From positions 62,001 to 126,000 of the forward strand of contig JASANG010000295.1 in NCBI GenBank assembly GCA_030248215.1: a DNA stretch of 64,000 nucleotides, written 5' to 3'. Source of the DNA: Enoplolaimus lenunculus (Eukaryota). The notes under the pieces were generated by a model, which worked only from the letters and a program-made list of their open reading frames with translations, was not told the DNA's origin and made no database searches. The position numbers were made by a program, and so were the translations under genes. This document shows positions 49,701 through 59,962 of this stretch, piece after piece. The first letter of the stretch is position 1; each line of letters starts with the position of its first letter.

Positions 49701-52700
49701 TTTTACGTGTTCTCATCTTAGTAAATACTAGTTATAACGTGGAACTAGTGTATCTTTCGTCATTTATTTTTGTGCGCGGCTTTGGAAATATAGCTGAAAT
49801 AATAGCTATTGATGAAGAGATTCCTTTAGCTCGCTGGCCTTTCAAAAGAATTCCACGCATAATTAGTTCGTTTCCCACCGCAACCGTTACTGATTTTCAT
49901 AGATAATTCCCATGTTGATGTGACCGTAGAATAACTCCCGAGATAGGGAAATTTATATTAAAGAACACTGCCCGGCGACAGCCTTTTTCAGTAGAATAAA
50001 GTTTAGGACAAGTACCACAACGCTATCGTTATGGTAATATGACTTTTAGTATTCTTGGTCTTCCGTCAAACTGTTCAGATGAAGATATTAGGCGATTCTA
50101 TAGGAGACAGGCGGTATTGGTACATCCTGATAAGGTATGTAGCGTTTTAAGGTCGCTAAAAAAATTTTATTTGTTTTTTCACGAGCAATTTGGTTGTACG
50201 GATGGAAGCAAATGAAGTAACTTTTGCTATGGGATCATGTATTTTTGTTTCTCAGAGTTGACACTGGTGTCTTGTTTAGCGTCTTAATAATCTATTGCTG
50301 CTTTGTTATTTTTAATTACTTTCTTTGGGCATTGTATACATCAGCGCCGTAACAGCAGTATAAGCATATTCCTAAGCCTAAGCGTAAGGATAAGCCTATG
50401 TCTAAGTCTTAGCTTAAAGCTTTATCTAGTTCTACAACAGTCCCACAAAAAAACGATCCGCCAAAGGTCTGTACGTACATGGGCCTGTTTTGGAAAATTT
50501 AGAACCATTTGCAAGGCGCGGACGAAGCTTTCAAAGTGCTTGCTCATGCATTTGAGTTTATTGGCATTCCTGAAAAACGAAAGGAATATGATCTTCAGAA
50601 TTTGCATCGCACGAAAGCAATGGTATGCTTCAATCACCTGCTATCTTTTTAAAATGTAATATAAATATTGTAACTAATTTTTGTTATCCGTGTAGTCATT
50701 AAAATTAATCGAAACTCATACAGCAAATGTCATTTTGATTTTGTTGTTATGTACTTGTGTCGCTGTGGTTTCTGCAAAACTTCACGTGATGAATTTTGAT
50801 CTTGCGTTTGCTTTGTTTTGGAAGCATTTTATTTCAGAGGGAATTTGACGAAATGCTGACAAAACTGAAAGAAAAAATGGAAGAGGTATGTTTTTCCTTG
50901 ATTATGATTTTCTATTGTTTAATAGTTGAAAATGATAATTAGTTTAAACTGTGAATGTTTATTGGTCTAATAATTTAAACCTACGAAAAACCACCATGCC
51001 GCTTATTTATTAAATAACTGTGTTGTTACGCCATTGTGATTTATTACTCCAAACATAATTTGCATATTAACCGCAGCCGTGGGTCGACAAATTTTACCGG
51101 AACCGGCGCAAAACTGCAAAATTATGCAATTATTGAGCGGTTTGGGATATGCCGATACAAAAAATTTTGCCGATGCCGATACCGACGCCGATTCTTCTTT
51201 GAAACCAGAAGATACTTACGAAAATTGTCATATCTAACCCCGTGTTTAACTAGTCTTTTATTACTTCAGGCCTTTAATACAATGAACTGTGATTGCAATG
51301 GCAAGCATCGAAGATACAAAACAAAAAGAGAGTTGTCTAATGCGCGTTATTGTAGTCGATGTAACGAGAATCATTCCGTTAGAGAGGTATTGCAGCGAGG
51401 TTTTTTTAAATTCGTAACAGCACATTTTGACAGTGATAACATAGGTACATTCTGTGTTCAAAAGAATGTACACAGTGCACGTTGCGTTTTTGGCCTACTC
51501 ATGGCTTATTTAGTTGGGTTGAACGTTGCGCAAACGAAGGAAATATATAATAGCAAAAAAAGTGATCCGTTTATATTCTTAACCCTTAGAAGGCCATGGC
51601 AAAACTAAGTCATCTACATTAACAAATCTAATTGTGTAGACTAATACCAATCGTAAAATCCGAAAGAATACTTTCTACACGTCTGCGTTACTCGCATAAC
51701 GCATTTCTTGCAATGTTTGCTGACGTGGACATTTGATACGCACTACTGAAGTATCCACGCTGTGGACACTGGTAAAACATTGAAGTCTAATATGAGTCCA
51801 CGTCATTGTGCAACGGCGGTAACTTAACAAATACTACAAATTTTGAACGAAGTAATGTACTATCATATATCAAGGTGCGACCGGATATCCGGCTCCGGCA
51901 AAAAATCGACATCCGGATCTGAGTCCGATATTTTAACTAGCCGGATATTTTTAATACACGTCAAAAAGTTTCACCATCATTCGTATTTATGCCAAGTGCC
52001 ATCGAAGTGAATGACTTACTTTTACCTATTTTATCTACCACGCATGTAATTTAAATATTTGCATGTGACCGTGTACGTTCATTATCTTTATCGATAACGA
52101 GTGTTATTCTAGGGGCGTGGTCTACTTTTGATCATCACCGCGAAACATAAAAATTTTCAATGTAAATTAATTTCTAATGGGGTTTTCATAGTTCTTTGTG
52201 GCTTTCAAAGTTTTTTTTTATTTTTCAGAATATCTGCACTTAATTATTGCGTAACTATGAAAATTTATAGGTCCATAGCGAAATTTTATTCATCAGGCTT
52301 CGCTTGCTTCAACATTATTAACTTTCGCTGAAACATCGGCTTGTAGTGTCGGTTTCAAACGACCAAGACTCTAGAAACCGAGACCTGCCAAGTACTGAGA
52401 CTCTGACATTGGAACTCTCATCCCTGATCTTAGTCACCTCTGTTTTATAGTACCTACGGAAAAAGTCAAAAATGCATGGGCGTGAGATGTTAAGCTTTGT
52501 CACGTATATCCTTTGGGTATCTCAACCCACGGAAAGAAGAACTGTAAGCTACGTTCTGATATTTAAATGCAATCTAGTATTAGATTTTAATTCATTATCT
52601 GACTCCGCTAGTTTTCGATATCCGGTCGCACCGATGCAATCGGAATTCCGATTCCGATTAAAATTTTGATTCAAAACGAATTCCGATTGCACGATCAATC

Positions 52701-55037
52701 GGAATCAGAATTTTGACATTTTAATTTTAGGCTTACTTGTGATATGTTGCATAAAAATTCCACATAATGTAGCTATTAAATTGTTTTCAATGAGTTAACT
52801 TATTCATAGATGATTGTAGTTTAGCTTATCAGATCCAAAAATAATTGCCTTTTTGTTCCAGAGACGTTTTTGAGAACTGTTGCTTGCCAAAAAACACCCT
52901 AAATCAATACTGTGCTTTTTAGTACAAATTATCCGTATAGTCAGAAAATTTGTAGTTCCGATTCCTGTGTAATTCAGTTCTGCTTTGCACCGTTATATGT
53001 ATCCCGGAGACGGAACCGTCGCCATACGGTACCATGAACAGTACCGGAAAAACGATATCCCGTGGCACAATTTAACCAGAATCGTAATGCAGCACAGTAA
53101 GTTTATTACATTACCATAGGCACAAAATGTTGGGTGACGCGATATAGCAAATAACAAAATGTACTAACACTAAGTTCACAACATGGTGTATCAACAAAAT
53201 GTCGCTTGGCGCGATATGATAAAAACGGTACCGTACTCCCAGGTACTTGCTTACACAAAAGTGCATAAAATTTGAAGTTTAGAGTATTTTCGTGGACACA
53301 GGAATTCTTAATATGTAATATGTGTGATGAAACATTCAATATAAATAGTTTAGGGTGACATCTGGGCGGAGAGCAAATGTATTGGATTTTTGTGGTATTT
53401 TTATGCGTGTATGGACGGTGCCGTGTATGATATAACCGAGTGGGCTGGATGTCAGGTTAGTAGTTTTGATTCGAATAAACTTCATGTTTCGTACTTGCGG
53501 CGTTAGCTTTGAAAGCAATACAACTTTCTTTTGTTTTGTTCTTTGATACTTAATCGTTTTGCCTATCTTTAATGTAATCGAAAAATAGTCAACATTTTTA
53601 AATATAGAAATTTTTTGAAAATATTCGTTTAAATGTGCGTTAAGAATTGAAGGTAATTTTGAAATTAGGCATTTGTAGACACATTTTCGTTGTTTTGTTA
53701 ATCCTGACAACCACTGGTACGTCTAATTGATTAAGCTTGATTGCTTGTTGATATAGCGATATGGTCAATAAACATAATTATAATCCAGTATCTACTCAGT
53801 GTATCACACCATGGGGCTTGTGCATGCGTACATCGTGTAATTATTTTGCTTACATATTAATATCATACTTTAGTGATATCTTATATTGTAGAAAAACAAC
53901 CTTAGACACATGAAAGCAAATGTTCATCAAGTACAGTACCGTTTAATGACTGGAAAGAATCGTCAGCAACAACAACAACAGCAGCAACAGCAACAAAACC
54001 AGCCATCTCATTTGTCGAATGCTCAACATACTGGATACGACTGTCGCTCAGGAAAGACCGCTATGGGGTAAGGCGTGTACATGCTAAGTAATACAAGTTG
54101 GTTTGACAGCAATTACACGGACGATATATCTAACAAGTCTGAATTATTACAATTACTATACGACGTCGTACAATAAGAATATTTTGATAATGACTTGCTA
54201 TGCGGTGTATGGAATTGAATATCGTCAAAACTCAAAAATATATAGTAACCGTAATTATAATATTGAAAACTTATTGTTTAGAAGTGCGGATGTTGAAGAT
54301 TTTTTGCGTCGCCTTGGTGATAACTTGGAATCAGCAGCAGCGGCAAGTGGAAGCACAAACGCTTCCTGTGCAGGACGCAATCGTAGACAATCTCAAGACG
54401 GTGTTGATAGCAACAAGACTGGATCGCTCAATCGCACCTTCCCAAGTTCACAGCAACCACGAGGATATGCAAACGAAGCGTCGCAGTCTCCAACAAGCTG
54501 GAGTAGCTATGGTAACGGTGATGCAAGCCGGTTCGTTCCTTCGACACAGGTAAGTGACGTGTAGTATCGACTTTTCATATTATCTAGGTATCCGCGAAAT
54601 ACTATGGTTCAGCAAGATAGATGTCTGTTTCCGGCTCCGGTTGAAAGTCGATCTCAGGTTCTGGTATTACTTTTGCTATAGGTTCATGCATTTTCTGTTG
54701 TGAAATTTTTTGTATTTTGAACATGGCTGATTTGATAGTAACCTTAGAACGTTTTTGAAAGTATTACTGTTCAGACTTATCAAACAGAAAGCTTAAAAAT
54801 GCTCGCAGAAAGAAATGCTTTCAAGCTTGGGAAATTTTGTATCCAAAGGTAATTTTTTATTGTGCGTTAGAACAACTGCTTTCGTTCGTACCTTTGTTAT
54901 TCGTGAAACATGGTAGCGTTTCCGGATCCGTAACATGATTAGTATGTATCTTGTTTAAGTTCAAACCGCCTGCATCAGATGCGACGCAGTCCCGTGGAAA
55001 AAAACTGCCAAGACGACGTAAAACACGAAGGTCATAA
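43704..55037 (+). CDS. DNAJC14: DnaJ homolog subfamily C member 14 (Jiv/DRiP78-like; J-domain + Jiv90 Zn-binding domain), ~982 aa, 17 exons
   Basis: Exons 43704-43813, 44010-44064, 44624-45119, 45515-45704, 47527-47644, 47923-48478, 48635-48740, 49016-49287, 49569-49620, 50050-50134, 50503-50622, 50838-50885, 51270-51386, 53354-53455, 53892-54067, 54282-54549, 54960-55037 (TAA). J-domain: [21 protein letters not shown]...[13 protein letters not shown]...ADEAFKVL. Jiv90: [13 protein letters not shown]...ARYCSRC..H..REGDIWAES...[18 protein letters not shown]. The N-terminal low-complexity exons are supported by splice phase only. Confidence 0.92.
50327..50485 (-). mobile_element. GGCC(A/C)ATGT-family TTAGGC MITE, reverse orientation, in a DNAJC14 intron
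   Basis: CAGTATAAGCATATTCCTAAGCCTAAGCGTAAG...CAGTCCCACA...TACATGGGCC is the reverse complement of the internal layout of 26918-27107. Confidence 0.75.
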
Positions 55038-55759
55038 CTCCTCATTAAATGTTAATTTTGTTTAACTTTGTACAGTTTTAATTTGCTGAGTTGTATTTGC
55101 GTGACAAAAATTGATATTTGATATCGTTGTTTTGACATTATTGATGCAGAGAGTACGTTTAGAATCTTTAATAAGTAATTTGAGTGAGCTGCCTTTGTTG
55201 ACATGATAATACTCTAGTCTTACTCTTAAGTTTAATCTTAGTCTGTGTAGGACCGGGCCCTCCCTTGTAGATTTAACACGGTGTAACTACATAGATTTAA
55301 AAATAGATAACGAAACCAAAGAAAAATTGTGAAAGTGGCCTGATTTGCCAGTTAGTTGCATTGGTTGAAAATGTAACATGTTTCATGTTGGGACAAGTAT
55401 TAATGGTTTGGGTCAATTCGTGCGAAACAATCCAAACCAGGCGCCCGTGATATAAATTCTCATTTTCTGTATAAACAGTCACATCTTGACCTTTAGTAGC
55501 CATGATTCGGTAAGGTTAAAGTATAGATCTGCTAACTGTGTTGTTTAATTTTGATATTGCTCTAAACTTATAGTTTTTCAATATTGACCGACAACAATAA
55601 AGAACAGTCTTTTTTGCATTTTCCTACTGAAGTATAGCTTGGTATTTAACTGTGAAAACATGTTTTGCTTCGGAAGATTACTTTGTTGTAAAGAGTGGTA
55701 TGCCTGCAGTAAAACATGATAAATGCAAAAATTAGCACCTAATCAGTTCGACGGTTTTA

Positions 55760-57300
55760 GCCGGGATTGGCACAAAGGGACACCTGTGTATCAGTGTGTC
55801 ATTCCCGGCTATAGTTGGGCAGAGTACAATGTACCAAAAATATTGTAATCGTTGAAACATTACGCACAAAGGAGTCTTCCTTTCGGATGGCCGTCCTTCC
55901 CTTCTTCGTTCACAGCAGGGAAGTGACCACCGCTTGGGACCATGCCCTGTGAAGATGTCCCAGTATTTTCTATATGACTGTCAACCGTTACAAACATTTT
56001 AATAAGAGCCGTTTTGAAGTCCAAAAGCGTCACCCGACTGTCTTGCTTTAATCGTTTGAACGGGATGAAAGCTTTGTGGATCGTGATATCGGAGACATTA
56101 ATTAAAAAATTTTGCTTATACCATTCATTCCTTTACTTGCTGAAGGATAGTATTATGTCATGGTCCATTTTATCAATGCTGCGCATGTTTTTATTATAGT
56201 CAACTATGCATACTAGGTTGTCAATAAGACACCGACGTGTCTCGACTCGCTCAAGTCATCCATATGTATGATGAGTATCAATCAAGACATCTCTTGTCCC
56301 GCCATTTAGTTACTTTTATTTGTCCACTGGTCTCAATTTGAGCTTCATTCAGTTGCAACTTTGCATTTTTGACAGAATCAGGGACAAATTTTCTATTAGC
56401 TCTAAGTGTACCGTCAGTGTGTGCATCGTTCCAATTTCGCAAAGAGTTACTAAATTATAGAAATTGTCCATGTAAAGGGTTCGACCAGAATCACGATACG
56501 GTGTAGCAAGATCCATAATATATATCAGCTGTTGTGGTGTGTTCCTGGATTGGGTGCACTCATGCGTATACCATCAAATTGAGCACAAGTCCATTCGGTT
56601 CTGTTAGCAAATACAGCTTTACACCATATTTGTGTGCCTTGAAAGTAATGGATTGCTTGAATATGTCTCCCTTTCCAAAAAACTAAAGACTAATCAATAC
56701 ACAAGTTTCTTTCGGGCGCAACTGTCTCTTGGACAGCAGCATTTCACAGTTTAATAAATGGTGAGATTTTCCTCAAAAGATCGTCGCTTTCATCACTCGG
56801 CAAATGAAAGTTACTCAGTATTACTTGCAACCTTTTGCGTGACATCCCGCGCTTTGAAAAAACTGGTGTTTGTTTATAAATATCTGTCGACAAATATACC
56901 AAGTAGCGTGGTTTAGGATAAATTCCCATCAAGAACAACAAGCCGAAAAACGTCCGTAGTTCTCGTGTGTTAACATCTATCAACTTCTTTATTCGGGAAT
57001 GTCTTGTCATTTTTTGCTCCTAGCCATCTTCATCAAACGTTTGGCTGCGTATGTATTAGTTTCTCTAACAATGGTTTCGATCATATCGTTATAAGTTGAT
57101 CAAAAAATAAAATGCTTCTGCATCCGCTGTTATACTGTATGACGAAATCCAGAGTTTAATTTATAGGCCATTGAACAGTATTGGTTGTCGATCAAATTTT
57201 CACCAGACTCGATTGTCTGGGCCAATTAATTGATATTTGGAGATTTACGTGACGGTCGCGGAAGTAGATCAGGTAATGGCACGCCGCTATTATCTAAATA
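55760..57300 (-). pseudogene. Decayed piggyBac (PGBD4-like) transposase
   Basis: Minus-strand motifs in the expected order, with stops and frameshifts: ELRTFFGLLFLMG...STD...TPVF...MSRKR (56744-57010), LCID*SLVFWKGR (the IDE motif has a stop at E), KAHKYGVKLY, GRTLYMDNFY (~56460-56485), GTLRANRK, KWRDKR, VDYNKNMRSIDKMD. Ends are approximate. Confidence 0.88.
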
Positions 57301-57794
57301 CCTATCAGTGGATATATCACCCAAACTGCTCGGATGCTGAATAGGTTTTGTCACTGTAGTCTTAAGTTTATGAACAATTTTTTAACAATTCTTTACCAAT
57401 TATAATGTTAAAATTTGCAAATTCAGCATTAAGTTTATGATTATGACGTAATTTTGATTTATTTCGGCAAAATTTATTCACCGTCGGATTTACGTTTTGC
57501 ACCTCTCCCTTCCTCCAGGTTTTGCACCTCCCATTGTACATCTATTAAGAGTATCACGGCAGCGCGTTGTTTTGACATACCCCCCACTTGTTTGGGCGGT
57601 TAGTCATGGAAAACGCTGGGAAAGTGATTGTGTTTCTCTGCAAATACTTGCAGCTGCAACTTACTCGTGCTAATGGCAGTTGCCAGTTCGTGCTAAAACT
57701 TGCACGTGTGAATGGGGCTTTAAATTTCTACAAATGTTTCTGTTGACAGGTCGGTGCAATTCTATTCGTCACAACAAAAAAGAACATCATATCA

Positions 57795-58640
57795 AAACTA
57801 GAAAAAATTGCTCAGCACTTGAGCAGCATGGAATATGCTTCATATTCCTATTAAAAGGATAGTAACTAGACCAGCACATTCGTTCGATGTAACCTGGAAA
57901 AATATTAAGAAACAATGGCGTCCAAAATCATGTTGACTATTAATTCTTCTGAAACATATTGCGGATAGCAAATCTATTTTTATGTTGAAAGTTTTTGGCA
58001 GATTTATTAGGCATTTTATGAAATTTCTTAGATAATGGCTGGGTTACAGAGACATGGCTGAAGTAGAGCGATGTTTGCTTTTGCCAGATTAGTCGATGCT
58101 GCCAGAATACGGTGAGAATTTTGAGCCTCTAGTCGTCACTATGCAGTGAAACAAATAACTCGGTAGACCTGTAAACTTCTTTGTTTGTCGCTAAGGTTAA
58201 AAGTCGACTAAAGTAAAGAGTCGTTTTTAAAGCATCAATTGCGAGTCATTTTGTGACAACGCCTTGTTTGAGAAAGTATCTAAAACAAAATTGTTCATCA
58301 ATACTCTAACTCACCAATTATATTGCCATACAGTGTTCTTATGAAATTCAATTAACTATGTGAATAGAGAGCCAAAGGTGACTTTAGTACGTTCTTGTAG
58401 AAAACTTCAATACACATTTTAAGCAAAACATTTGTTTCTTACAAAAAGAAAATTACAGAAATTTTGCTATCCGCAATATGTTTCAGAAGAATTAATAGTC
58501 AACATGAATTTGGACGCCATTGTTTCTTAATATTTTTCCAGGTTACATCGAACGAATGTGCTGGTCTAGTTACTATCCTTTTAATAGGAATATGAAGCAT
58601 ATTCCATGCTGCTCAAGTGCTGAGCAATTTTTTCTAGTTT
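57795..58640. repeat. Long inverted repeat (178-bp arms 57795-57972 and 58463-58640, ~490-bp spacer); foldback/MITE-like
   Basis: The arms are reverse complements with a single mismatch that I could find (CCAAAATCATG vs CCAAATTCATG). Confidence 0.92.
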
Positions 58641-58789
58641 CAACCGCTTTACCAAGCTGCTGATTAATCCATCAATCTGAACAATGAAAAATGAGAAGAC
58701 TGTTTAAACTAAATACAGAGTTTCAATAAATCGTTTGCATGACAGAAACTTTTATCCTGACAACAAGCGCCTAACCAACGTCTTTGTAT

Positions 58790-59120
58790 AAAACCAACCA
58801 TTGGGGCGAAACAACCACGGGGTGACATTGTTCGTTGGGTAAACCAACCGTTGGGGTGAAGTCAGCCATTGGGGTGAAACCAACCGTTAGGGTGAAACCG
58901 ACTGTTGGGGGTGAAACCAACTGTTGGGGTGAAACCAACCGTTGTGGTGAAACCAACCGTTGGGTTGAAACCAACTGTTGGAGTGAAACCAACCGTTGGG
59001 GTGAAACCGACTGTTGGGGTGAAACTAACCGTTGGGGTGAAACCGACTGTTGGGGTGAAACCAACCGTTGCGGTGAAACCAATCGTTGGGGTGAAACCGA
59101 CGGTTGGGATGAAACCAACC
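58790..59120. repeat. 18-bp minisatellite GGGGTGAAACCAACCGTT (~16-17 units)
   Basis: Directly visible tandem array; it explains the repetitive ORFs VGVKPT / VGFTPT / WGETNR. Confidence 0.93.
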
Positions 59121-59440
59121 ACAAGCTCTATAAAGTGGTGAAAGTTACAACCGTTAAATTACATAGCTAACGGGAAAAAAGTGCTGAACCAAAATGGAAA
59201 ATTTCGTGCACTTTCTGTAACGAGTTTTTTGACCGTAACTACTGAAGGCCACGCTCTTTTCGCAAATCCTTTGGCACAGATATTCCCGACGGACCAGTGT
59301 ACCAGTGTACAAAATTTAAGCGAAATAGCTCTGCTATTACTTGAGTACCATCATGCAAACTAAACTGAAAATACGCACTTGAGAAGCGCGAACCATATAT
59401 ATGAACACTATCGTGTTCATATGATTTTCTAACTAAAAAC

Positions 59441-59631
59441 GGCCCATGTTACTTTAAGGGGCGACCAGGTTTCTGGTGGATGTATAAAAGAGTAGGTTTA
59501 GATTCTAGATTACATTTTTTGCTTATGTTTAGGCTTGGGCTTAGGAACTCATTTTTGCAACGCTTAAACTTAGGCTTAGGCTTTAGAAATACGCTTAATC
59601 TACTGTTACGCCCATTACAATAACATTGGCC
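59441..59631 (+). mobile_element. GGCC(A/C)ATGT-family TTAGGC MITE
   Basis: Termini GGCCCATGTTA / TAACATTGGCC; perfect 8-bp TSD CTAAAAAC on both sides; internal TTAGGCTTGGGCTTAGG and CTTAGGCTTAGGC. Confidence 0.85.
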
Positions 59632-59962
59632 CTAAAAACCATTTTTAAATGCAAAAATAATGCAAAATTTTGATATGCGACGACGAATCCTTCAAATGTA
59701 TAAATATATACTTTATTTTCTAGTTTCCTTTGTAGGAAACTGATTATAATTTTAATAAAGAAATTTTAAAAATTTAAGCTTTTATATGCAGAAAGCTCCG
59801 AAATTTATAGAATTCCAAATAAAATGACGCAGCAAAGTTTTGATATTAAATAATAAAAAGTTTAAGGCGTCACGTTTTTATAAGCTTATATAACCAGTTC
59901 ACCGGCTTAAAAATATTAAATGTTGTTTAGTTCATCAAACCTTGAAGTTTTCGTTTAATACC

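Noticed and set aside
58771..59170. Repetitive ORFs / possible CRISPR-like array
   Set aside because: Pure 18-bp tandem repeat without unique spacers, in eukaryotic DNA with no cas genes.
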